This document shows positions 1 to 8,254 of a stretch of 64,000 bases of DNA, piece by piece. Where the stretch lies: positions 124,001-188,000 of the IMG/VR virus record IMGVR_UViG_3300019776_000324; one strand, 5' to 3'. The position numbers and the translations under genes were made by a program. The first letter of the stretch is position 1. Each line of letters opens with the position of its first letter. A model generated the notes under the pieces. The model searched no databases. It was not told the origin of the DNA and worked only from the letters and a program-made list of their open reading frames with translations.

Positions 1-1
1 A

Positions 2-178
2 ATCAAACCCAAAAGTCAAAGCATTATTGAAGATAAAATGAAGTCTAGAGATCGTGCTATTGTAGCAATTAACTACGCCAAGTGGGATGCTGCTCAAAAA
101 TGGGCCAAAGCAAACGGGCTACACTTTAGAATTATCACCGAAGATCAAATCTTCCATCAAGGCGGCAAGAAAAAGTAG
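2..178 (+). CDS. 3' end of head completion nuclease (T4 gp4-like, TnsA-type endonuclease), partial
   Basis: My translation from nt 2: IKPKSQ...AINYAKWDAAQKWAKANGLHFRIITEDQIF, stop TAG 176-178; matches the gp4 (E)IKP..Q / N.AKW.AA / F.I.TE pattern. Confidence 0.7.
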   Translation: MKPKSQSIIEDKMKSRDRAIVAINYAKWDAAQKWAKANGLHFRIITEDQIFHQGGKKK

Positions 179-194
179 TCAATCCAAATGCCGC

Positions 195-200
195 TAAATA
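195..200 (+). promoter_or_regulatory. Late promoter TAAATA, 4 nt upstream of ATG 205
   Basis: T4 late-promoter core; recurs upstream of many genes in the window. Confidence 0.6.
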
Positions 201-204
201 TGGT

Positions 205-708
205 ATGACAAAAAAATTAGAAGAAATTTTTGGTTTTAACGAGTTAGAAACAGAAGACACTGTGTCCGATGATGCTCCTAAAACCACGGAAGAAACTAAA
301 ACAGCCATAGTAGAAATTGATGCTACTATTGATAAAATTGATGCAGCTCTACCAGCTATCCGTGACTTAGATGCTAGTGATAACGAGCTAGACGAAATAG
401 CCGAAATGGCCAAAGAAAGCTACCAAAATTTATCAGATCTAGGATTCAATGTTGATAGTCGTTATGCTAGCGAGTTATTTGCTGTAGCAAGCACCATGCT
501 TGGACATGCACTAACAGCCAAGACTACTAAACTAAACAAAAAATTAAAAATGCTTGATCTACAAATGAAAAAACTTAAATTGGATCAAGATGCGGCAAAA
601 AATGCTCCAGAAGAGCCTCCTGTAGGCGAAGGACGAGTATTAAACACTATGAATCGCAATGAATTACTAGAACGCTTAATTGGGTCAAGAGACCAAAAAA
701 ACAATTAA
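205..708 (+). CDS. Helical protein, possible terminase small subunit (gp16-like)
   Basis: 167 aa, coiled-coil, ELFAVASTML..ALTAK segment; head/packaging neighbourhood; function weakly supported. Confidence 0.35.
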   Translation: MTKKLEEIFGFNELETEDTVSDDAPKTTEETKTAIVEIDATIDKIDAALPAIRDLDASDNELDEIAEMAKESYQNLSDLGFNVDSRYASELFAVASTMLGHALTAKTTKLNKKLKMLDLQMKKLKLDQDAAKNAPEEPPVGEGRVLNTMNRNELLERLIGSRDQKNN

Positions 709-734
709 GCATAAATATGATATAGGGAATTAAC

Positions 735-1343
735 ATGAAAAATTTTAAAGACTACCTCACCGAATCCGAGCGCACTTACAACTACAGAATTAAACTTGTA
801 GGTGACATACCTTCTACTCTTATTAAAGATTTAGAAGGTAAACTAAAGCAATTTGACATTGTCAAGATTTCTGCTCCAAAGACTACACCAGTTCAAACTA
901 ATCCTGCAGATTTTCCTGCATTTTCAAATGAGCGTGTAACACATGTGGATGTAGAATTCCGCTATCCAGCAATTGAACCACAAATTCAACAAATTGTACA
1001 ATTGTTAGGAGTTGATCCTAATTGTGTGCGTATGTTGACAACACCATACGAAGAAGGTATGAATGTTGAGCGTGACAAGATTGAAGATCAAAACAAAGAT
1101 TTGTTAGCTGATACAGATTACCCTGCACCAGATGCAGAACAAAAAGCTCTCAGCAAAGACTACTCAGCTGATCCATATCAGCATGCTGTATTGAAAAATG
1201 CTTACAAGAGTGACTTTACTGTAGCTGGTGGAAAGACACCTGCTGCACAAACAACAAACGATTTGCCAATGGGTAATACTAGTCCAATGACAAAGATGAC
1301 CCGCAAACCAAAACCAGCTACTGGTGCAAACCCAAAAGGATAA
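735..1343 (+). CDS. Hypothetical virion/internal head protein
   Basis: N-terminus MKNFKDYLTE resembles the T4 capsid-targeting sequence; TAAATA at 712-717. Confidence 0.45.
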   Translation: MKNFKDYLTESERTYNYRIKLVGDIPSTLIKDLEGKLKQFDIVKISAPKTTPVQTNPADFPAFSNERVTHVDVEFRYPAIEPQIQQIVQLLGVDPNCVRMLTTPYEEGMNVERDKIEDQNKDLLADTDYPAPDAEQKALSKDYSADPYQHAVLKNAYKSDFTVAGGKTPAAQTTNDLPMGNTSPMTKMTRKPKPATGANPKG

Positions 1344-1347
1344 CAAA

Positions 1348-3405
1348 ATGAGTTTTTTTTACGACCTAAACAAAAGATTAGCCGCATTGGCTAGCAAGCA
1401 AGATCAGCAACTTACTGAAAGTAAGGCCGCTGTTGAAGAAAGCAAGTTCAGTAAACTTGCTAAAGAGATTGGTAAAAATCCAAAGGTTAAAAATCCTGCA
1501 GCAGTTGCAGCCACAATTGGTCGTGAAAAGGATGGTCAAAAGGCCATGACTGCCAAGGCAGTTGCTGGTAAGAAAAAAGCCAATGAAGAAGAATTAGATG
1601 AAGCTGGTTACTCTGCTAAAGCTGGCCGTGCTGGTAAAGACTTAGGCAAGCCAGGCAAGAACTTTGCTAAGATTGCCAAAGGTGCTGCTGAGCGTTATGG
1701 CTCTAAAGAAGCTGGCGAGCGAGTTGCAGGCGCAGTACTAAATAAACTCCGTCATCCAAAAGAAGACATTGCCGATGAAGGCAACGCATTCACAGGCCAA
1801 TTAGCTAAGACACCAAAAGGTGGCAAGTTCAAAGTAGGCAACAAAGAATTTACAGATACAAGTAGTATTGAAGAAAGTGCATGCCCAACATGCGACTGTG
1901 CTCCATGCAAGTGCAACGAAGGTAATGCATTTACCGGCGCATTGGCCAAGACACCAAAGGGTGGCAAGTTCAAAGTAGGCAACAAAGAATTTACAGACAA
2001 CAGCGACCTTGAAGAAGGCTATGCTGAAATGGATGCATGGTTAAAGAGCCGCGAAAAAGAAAAAGGCACTGGCAAGTTCGATGTTAAAGACACAGGCTAT
2101 TCTAAGCGTTATACTCGTAAAGAAGAGCCAGAAGCATCTGATGACGAAGTTAGCACAGAACCTAAGCGTCGTGGTCGTCCAAAGGGTGCACCAAAAGGTC
2201 CAGAGCGTGTAACAGCCAAGAGCTACAAATATAAAGCAGGTCGTCCTGCTAAGACCAACGAAGGCGATGTTACTATTACTGATCGTGGTGAGTACGATGA
2301 CGAAGCGGGGATGGCAAAGGACTCTTTACATACTATCATGCGCCATGCTAAAGAACTTGAAAATGCTTTACACAGCAACGAGAACTTGCCTGAGTGGGTA
2401 CAAGAAAAAATTGGACAGATCAAAGGTATGATGTCCAGCGTTACTGATTACATTATCAGCACACACGAGCGTGGCATTGAACAAGCCACAGGTAAAGAAA
2501 GTATCACTATGCCTGTAGCTGAAAAAGCTGTAAGCAAAGCTCAACAAAAATTTATGGGCATGGTTCATGCCGCACAAAAAGGTGAAAAGCCAGCTAGTAA
2601 AGAAGTTGCTAAGGTAGCTAAAGAAATGCCTAAGAAGGCAGCTAAAGACTTTGCTAGTACTAAGCACAAAGGTTTGCCAGCTCATGTAGAAGAAGAATCT
2701 ACTGAGAAGGAAGATACTAAAGCTGAAAAAGCTGGTAAAAAAGTAGCCAAAGATATTGAACACGACGAAGGTCACAAAGCCAAAGGCGATAACAAAGCTG
2801 AAAAAGCTGGTAAGAAAGTTACCAAAGACATTGAGTACGATGACAAAAAAGACAAAGAAGAAAAAGTTGACGAAACAACAGTTGCTGGATCAGTAGCAAC
2901 AGCAACTACCAGTGGTAAGTCTAACAAGGGTGGCATGCAGTTTGGCAAAGGTGTTTACGAAAGTTTAGACCGTCAGTTTAAACAAGCATTAACAGAAAGT
3001 ATTTCCGTTGAATCGACAATGGGCGAATGCGGTGAAGGCGAAATGTCTCCAAGCATCACTATTACTGCTGATGGCGAAGAAGCTGCTAAGTTAATGATGT
3101 TGTTAAAGTTAGCCGGACTTGAAGGTCAATCTCCTGCAACATGCCCAACATGCGGCAGCGCACCTTGTGCTTGTGCTGAAGTAGTCGATGAGAACAGTCC
3201 AAATTGGCCAACCAACACTGAAGTTGGCGGCAAGAATGATCCGACTCTATCAACTTATGCAGGTGGCCTGAACAAACCTAAGTCAACAGGACAAACAACA
3301 ACTCCAACATTAGGAAGCGCAGATGTTCGTCGCCAAGTAAGTATGGAAGAGTCAGTTAAACTTGAGCGTAGCTTGTTCAATACTTGGAAAAATTATAAAG
3401 GTTAA
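1348..3405 (+). CDS. Modular Lys/Glu-rich prohead-core/internal-head polyprotein-like protein
   Basis: Probable start ATG 1348 after AAGGA; duplicated modules, AT-hook-like KRRGRPK, many (L/I/V)xE sites. Confidence 0.55.
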   Translation: MSFFYDLNKRLAALASKQDQQLTESKAAVEESKFSKLAKEIGKNPKVKNPAAVAATIGREKDGQKAMTAKAVAGKKKANEEELDEAGYSAKAGRAGKDLGKPGKNFAKIAKGAAERYGSKEAGERVAGAVLNKLRHPKEDIADEGNAFTGQLAKTPKGGKFKVGNKEFTDTSSIEESACPTCDCAPCKCNEGNAFTGALAKTPKGGKFKVGNKEFTDNSDLEEGYAEMDAWLKSREKEKGTGKFDVKDTGYSKRYTRKEEPEASDDEVSTEPKRRGRPKGAPKGPERVTAKSYKYKAGRPAKTNEGDVTITDRGEYDDEAGMAKDSLHTIMRHAKELENALHSNENLPEWVQEKIGQIKGMMSSVTDYIISTHERGIEQATGKESITMPVAEKAVSKAQQKFMGMVHAAQKGEKPASKEVAKVAKEMPKKAAKDFASTKHKGLPAHVEEESTEKEDTKAEKAGKKVAKDIEHDEGHKAKGDNKAEKAGKKVTKDIEYDDKKDKEEKVDETTVAGSVATATTSGKSNKGGMQFGKGVYESLDRQFKQALTESISVESTMGECGEGEMSPSITITADGEEAAKLMMLLKLAGLEGQSPATCPTCGSAPCACAEVVDENSPNWPTNTEVGGKNDPTLSTYAGGLNKPKSTGQTTTPTLGSADVRRQVSMEESVKLERSLFNTWKNYKG
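1777..1997 (+). repeat. Intragenic direct repeat, about 80 bp x2 (1777-1856, 1918-1997)
   Basis: Both copies encode EGNAFTG(Q/A)LAKTPKGGKFKVGNKEFTD; offset 141 nt. Confidence 0.9.
2719..2844 (+). repeat. Intragenic direct repeat x2 (starts 2719, 2794)
   Basis: KAEKAGKKV(A/T)KDIE(H/Y)D(E/D) twice; offset 75 nt. Confidence 0.85.
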
Positions 3406-3410
3406 TTAAA

Positions 3411-3893
3411 ATGAGTCAAGCCAATGTCTACACCTCAGTTGCAAATGCAGTATGGTATACTGATAAGTGCGAAATTGTTACAGGTAGTACTGCTGTAACC
3501 TACAACATCTATGTTATGCAAGCCGGTAATCCTACTGTAGGCATTTTAGGTTCAGTATCTAGTGCTAGTAATGTAATGATTTCAACCAATGCTAGTCAAG
3601 AGTTAATTGGCGCAACATTTGCCACAGGTACTGGTGTTGCCAATACAGTTACAGTGATCAGTGCAGTTAACGGACAAAGTCTTGTTATGAGTGCTAATGC
3701 AACTGCAAATAGTACAGGCCCATATACTTTAACCACAGGCAATCAAGGCAATTTATACAGTGCCGCACCACAAGTGGCAGTAAATAGTCGCCAACAAATT
3801 TATGTTGGTGCTGGTAACAAGCTAACAATTACAGGTAGCAGTTTTACCGCCAGAGAACTCGGAACAGCTAGCTCGGCCACAGCAGGACATTAA
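3411..3893 (+). CDS. Small beta-rich structural protein
   Basis: 160 aa, rich in Ala/Thr/Ser/Gly/Asn, late operon. Confidence 0.45.
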   Translation: MSQANVYTSVANAVWYTDKCEIVTGSTAVTYNIYVMQAGNPTVGILGSVSSASNVMISTNASQELIGATFATGTGVANTVTVISAVNGQSLVMSANATANSTGPYTLTTGNQGNLYSAAPQVAVNSRQQIYVGAGNKLTITGSSFTARELGTASSATAGH

Positions 3894-3895
3894 TT

Positions 3896-4276
3896 GTGCG
3901 AGCTCGTGAGTTTATTGCCGAAGGTACTAGAGGCGGATCCAGATCCTCCGCTTCCCATGAGTTTGAACGAGCACATCCAGGACTACTAACTCCAGGCGGC
4001 CAAGGTGATGTTTACTGGGGCCGTTACTATGATCACTATCGTGTAAGCAGTCTAGCAGGTATGCATCCAGATGATATTGATGCAGTAGACGAAATTAGTT
4101 TCTTTGGTAATCTTCCTTTGTTTAGTGCTTATACCGAGTATGATCGCAAAAAACTAAAAGCGATTATGAAAAAACTCAAAATGAAACCGCAAGAAAAAAT
4201 TTCAAACGGTAGTCAAGAAACCGACAATACTAATGCAGTAAGTCCAGTAAAGTCGTTTAAAGGCTACAAACGCTAA
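3896..4276 (+). CDS. Putative internal head protein, paralog 1
   Basis: Starts MRAREFIAE, ends SPVKSFKGYKR. Confidence 0.55.
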   Translation: MRAREFIAEGTRGGSRSSASHEFERAHPGLLTPGGQGDVYWGRYYDHYRVSSLAGMHPDDIDAVDEISFFGNLPLFSAYTEYDRKKLKAIMKKLKMKPQEKISNGSQETDNTNAVSPVKSFKGYKR

Positions 4277-4277
4277 C

Positions 4278-5153
4278 ATGTGTGTCATTGTTGCCAAATA
4301 CTTTGATGGTATTGGTTGGGCCGGTGCTAAAAACAGAGACCGCAACTATACCCCTGTATTAGATTTTATTGAAGACGAACAAGATGGTGTAGATCGTATG
4401 ATGATGCACGATCGGATCACAGGGTATAAAGAAGGAATTAACAGTCGCGGCGTTAGTATATTAAACACAAGTTTAGATGTGTACGACGACGAAAGTGAAA
4501 TAGAAGCTGGTACAGCTAAAACTAGTCCCGATGGCAGAACCATTGCCGAAGCATTGTTGAAAGACACAGCTCAAGAAGCAGTTCAAGTAATTATTGATAG
4601 AAAAATGGGCGGTTGTACTATTGTATTTGATCGTGATAATCTGTTTTTAATTGAAGCCAGCGACTGGGATAGAAAAAAGCCCTACAGATATGTTGCTAAA
4701 CGAATCCCTAAAACAGAAACTTTAGCCAGAACCAATCACGGCATCTGGATACCTAATGCAGGCTATCAACGCAACCCTGAAAACAAAAGCCAAACACTAA
4801 GCAGAATTAGTAGCGAATCAAGATTAGCGCAAGCTGAAGCAGTGGTTACTGCTGCACAAGATCCAGAGGATTTAGTTGATGGATTATGTCAAGTCTACAT
4901 CAATGATCCACAGCTAAATATAATGCGTACCAGTACAGAACGAAAGAAAATGCGTACAACTAGTCAGCAGTTGTGTGTTCCTAAAGAGAGAACACTATAT
5001 TGCCGTCCAGTTAGTAGTCATTTAGAATTTGATTTTTGGTCACTTAATCGTCCTAATACCAATGTATGGGTTGAGATATTAAGTAACCGTGCTCTATGGC
5101 AGAACACCAAAGGTGATCCGCCATTTGGCCATATGAACATGAAAGATTATTAA
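4278..5153 (+). CDS. N-terminal-nucleophile (Ntn) cysteine hydrolase (C45/NRDE-like)
   Basis: Cys2 after Met, AKNRDR, EGIN..GV, RTNH motifs. Confidence 0.7.
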   Translation: MCVIVAKYFDGIGWAGAKNRDRNYTPVLDFIEDEQDGVDRMMMHDRITGYKEGINSRGVSILNTSLDVYDDESEIEAGTAKTSPDGRTIAEALLKDTAQEAVQVIIDRKMGGCTIVFDRDNLFLIEASDWDRKKPYRYVAKRIPKTETLARTNHGIWIPNAGYQRNPENKSQTLSRISSESRLAQAEAVVTAAQDPEDLVDGLCQVYINDPQLNIMRTSTERKKMRTTSQQLCVPKERTLYCRPVSSHLEFDFWSLNRPNTNVWVEILSNRALWQNTKGDPPFGHMNMKDY

Positions 5154-5551
5154 TGAGAGCAGTGGAATTTATTACCGAAGCAAAATATGGCAGTGCTGCC
5201 GATGTTCCGGCCAATGCTAAAAAATTGCCAAACCACCAAGCCACTGCTATCAAGGGTGCTATCAGCATGCCTGACATTAGTATGACCAAGCAAGGCGGCA
5301 GTCCTTATACACAATGGCGATTTGGTATTGCCATGGCCGGTGCACCTGACTATCCTACACCAGCTGCTGGCGCATTTGCCGGCGATCCACTGTTGGCAAC
5401 TTACAGCGATGCTGACTTAGAAATTATTAATTCAGCCGCTAAGATGGTTGGCGCAGGTGAAGTTAAAAAGCTCACTGATAATCGTAGTACTGAACACGAT
5501 GCAATTTATAAAACAAGTCCGGTTACTGCATTCAAAGGATACAAGCGATGA
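5153..5551 (+). CDS. Putative internal head protein, paralog 2
   Basis: Starts MRAVEFITE, core YTQWRFGIAMAGA, ends SPVTAFKGYKR. Confidence 0.55.
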   Translation: MRAVEFITEAKYGSAADVPANAKKLPNHQATAIKGAISMPDISMTKQGGSPYTQWRFGIAMAGAPDYPTPAAGAFAGDPLLATYSDADLEIINSAAKMVGAGEVKKLTDNRSTEHDAIYKTSPVTAFKGYKR

Positions 5552-5949
5552 GAGCCAAAGAATTTATTCGAGAAGACATTGACGGCCGAACAGGTTCGAT
5601 AACATTTGATGTAGCTCGTGCGTTGCCTGGTGCATTTAAGATTCCTGCACTTAAAAATCAAGATCCATATTTACAATATCGTTTTGGTGTGGCTATTGCT
5701 GGCGCCAAAGGGGCTGCTCAACGCAAAAAAGATGGCGTTCCGGCATTTGACGGCAAAGAAAGTCCGTTTGGCGAAAACGAAATAGTAGTAAGTTACGATC
5801 CGCATGTAGTGGATTATATACACGATGCTCTTAAGTCCATGGGCATGCCCCCTAGTGATGCTATTCAAGTAGGTTCAATGAAAAGCGAAGAAATGCCGGA
5901 AGTAGTAAAAGTAAGCCCAGTAAAGGCATTTAAAGGTTATTCAAGATAA
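5548..5949 (+). CDS. Putative internal head protein, paralog 3
   Basis: Starts MRAKEFIRE, core YLQYRFGVAIAGA, ends SPVKAFKGYSR. Confidence 0.55.
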   Translation: MRAKEFIREDIDGRTGSITFDVARALPGAFKIPALKNQDPYLQYRFGVAIAGAKGAAQRKKDGVPAFDGKESPFGENEIVVSYDPHVVDYIHDALKSMGMPPSDAIQVGSMKSEEMPEVVKVSPVKAFKGYSR

Positions 5950-5950
5950 A

Positions 5951-6661
5951 ATGAAAAAAATATTTGCAGTATTATTGTTTGCTCCACTTGTAGCACTAGC
6001 ACAAATCAACCAACAGTGTCCACAGTTTACAGCCAATGGCACACCACAATATCAAGCACAGCCAGGCGATCAAGAAATTTGCCATACAAACTATGCAGTA
6101 ATTCACAAGTGTAGTGTTAAGGCTCCGGTGGCAGTATTTGAACATTTAACAGTGGCCGCAATGACGGGCCCAAGCAAGCGTAAAGACAACTTCCGTCCTG
6201 ATCCACTGGTATATCCAGATTGCAGTGCTACCTTAGCTGACTATGCTACTGTAGGCCGCACACACGATCGTGGACATATGGCTCCTGCAGGTAACAACAC
6301 ACAGAATGATGCTATTATGTCAGAGTCATTCTTCCTGAGTAACATGGTAGCGCAAGTGGCCAACAACAATCGTGGCATTTGGAAGCAATTAGAAACTTGG
6401 GAGCGCCAATGGGCAGCTAATACAGGCACTGACTTTTACATTATCTCTGGTGGTATCTACGATCCAGGACATCCTGTAACTGGTAACGGCTTAGGTATCC
6501 CTACACGCTTATACAAGATCATTATTGAAAAGAACAGTAAGAATGTACAAGCATACCTAATGCCAAATGCTCCGCTACCTGTAGCAGATTTACCAAAATA
6601 TCAAACCACAATGACCGCTGTAGAACAAGCCACAGGCATGCGTTTTAATTTAGGGCAGTAA
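5951..6661 (+). CDS. DNA/RNA non-specific endonuclease (NucA/EndoG family) with signal peptide
   Basis: DRGHMAPA, SF.LSNM..Q...NRG.W..LE; N-terminal MKKIFAVLLFAPLVALA. Confidence 0.9.
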   Translation: MKKIFAVLLFAPLVALAQINQQCPQFTANGTPQYQAQPGDQEICHTNYAVIHKCSVKAPVAVFEHLTVAAMTGPSKRKDNFRPDPLVYPDCSATLADYATVGRTHDRGHMAPAGNNTQNDAIMSESFFLSNMVAQVANNNRGIWKQLETWERQWAANTGTDFYIISGGIYDPGHPVTGNGLGIPTRLYKIIIEKNSKNVQAYLMPNAPLPVADLPKYQTTMTAVEQATGMRFNLGQ

Positions 6662-6684
6662 TCAAACTGGCCATAAATTAATAT

Positions 6685-8250
6685 ATGGCTCAAGATGTAT
6701 CAACCTTAATTAAAACACCGTATAAAAATACGGCATTTACTAACGAACAACTTGAAGAATTCTTAAGGTGCGCAGACCCTGATACGGGTCCTGAGTACTT
6801 TATGGATCATTTCTTTCACATACAACATCCTACTAAAGGTAAAATGTTGTATCATCCTTTTGAGTATCAAAAGAGACTGATTGATACCTATCACAAATAT
6901 CGTTTCAGCATATCAATGATGCCTCGACAAACAGGTAAGAGTACCAGTGCCGCAGGTTACTTGTTATGGTACGCGATGTTTGTGCCGGACAGTACTATTC
7001 TTATTGCTGCTCACAAGTACACAGGTTCTCAAGAGATCATGCAACGAATTAGATACGCATACGAACTATGCCCAGATCACATTCGTGCAGGCGTTACCAG
7101 TTACAACAAAGGTAACTTAGACTTTGAAAATGGTAGCCGTATTGTGTCAGCAACAACTACTGAAAACACAGGACGCGGTATGTCCATATCCTTACTCTAC
7201 GCTGACGAGTTTGCATTCGTTCGTCCCGGTATTGCCAAAGAATTCTGGACTTCTATCAGCCCTACACTAGCAACTGGTGGTAAGGCAATTATTACAAGTA
7301 CACCAAACAGTGACGAAGATCAATTTGCGTTGTTGTGGAAGGGTGCTCTCAAGTGCGAAGATGAGTACGGTAATCCTACAGAAGTAGGCGTCAACGGATT
7401 TAAGTCTTATCGTAGTTACTGGAACGAACATCCTGACCGCGACGAAGCATGGGCCACAGCACAACGAGCACAGCTAGGTGAAGATCGTTTCCGTCGTGAG
7501 ATGGGTTGCGAATTTATTATTAACGATGAAACACTTATTGCTCCTGCTAAGTTAATTGATTTGCAAGGACACGAGCCCTTGTATAAAACTGGGCAAGTGC
7601 GTTGGTATCAAAAGCCCAAAGAAGGGCGCACCTATGTAGTATCGTTGGACCCTAGTCTTGGCACAGGAGGTGATGCAGCTGCCATACAGGTATTTGAAGC
7701 CAATACAACAGAACAAGTAGCAGAGTGGCGTCATAATCGTACACCCATTCCAGAACAAATTAGAATTCTAGCAGACATCTGCAACCATATCAACGAAACA
7801 GTAAACGATATCAAAAGCATCTATTTCAGCGTGGAAAATAACACCATTGGTGAAGCAGCCTTGATCAGTATTGCTGAATACGGCGAAGAAAACATCAAGG
7901 GCTATTTCCTAAGCGAACCAAACGGTGGCGGCAGTCGTAGATATCGCAAAGGTTTTAATACCAGCAACAAGCCCAAACTATCAGCTTGTAATAAACTTAA
8001 AACTTTGATAGAATCTGGAAAAATGAAAATTCGTAGCGCAGGGCTTGTTTCAGAGCTTAAAACTTTTGTAGCAAGCGGAGCTGGATTTGCCGCTAAACCT
8101 GGCGAAACTGACGACTTAGTAATGGCCACTGTACTAAACATCCGTATGCTACAACTGCTACAAACTTACGATACTGGCATTGATAATCAAATGCGAGATC
8201 ACGGGGATATTATAATTGCCCCGATGCCGTTCATATCAGTAATGCGCTAA
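6685..8250 (+). CDS. terL: Terminase large subunit (T4 gp17-like)
   Basis: PRQTGKS Walker A, YADEFAF Walker B, ITSTPN, nuclease DPS.G.GGD and DDLVMA. Confidence 0.95.
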   Translation: MAQDVSTLIKTPYKNTAFTNEQLEEFLRCADPDTGPEYFMDHFFHIQHPTKGKMLYHPFEYQKRLIDTYHKYRFSISMMPRQTGKSTSAAGYLLWYAMFVPDSTILIAAHKYTGSQEIMQRIRYAYELCPDHIRAGVTSYNKGNLDFENGSRIVSATTTENTGRGMSISLLYADEFAFVRPGIAKEFWTSISPTLATGGKAIITSTPNSDEDQFALLWKGALKCEDEYGNPTEVGVNGFKSYRSYWNEHPDRDEAWATAQRAQLGEDRFRREMGCEFIINDETLIAPAKLIDLQGHEPLYKTGQVRWYQKPKEGRTYVVSLDPSLGTGGDAAAIQVFEANTTEQVAEWRHNRTPIPEQIRILADICNHINETVNDIKSIYFSVENNTIGEAALISIAEYGEENIKGYFLSEPNGGGSRRYRKGFNTSNKPKLSACNKLKTLIESGKMKIRSAGLVSELKTFVASGAGFAAKPGETDDLVMATVLNIRMLQLLQTYDTGIDNQMRDHGDIIIAPMPFISVMR

Positions 8251-8254
8251 ATAC

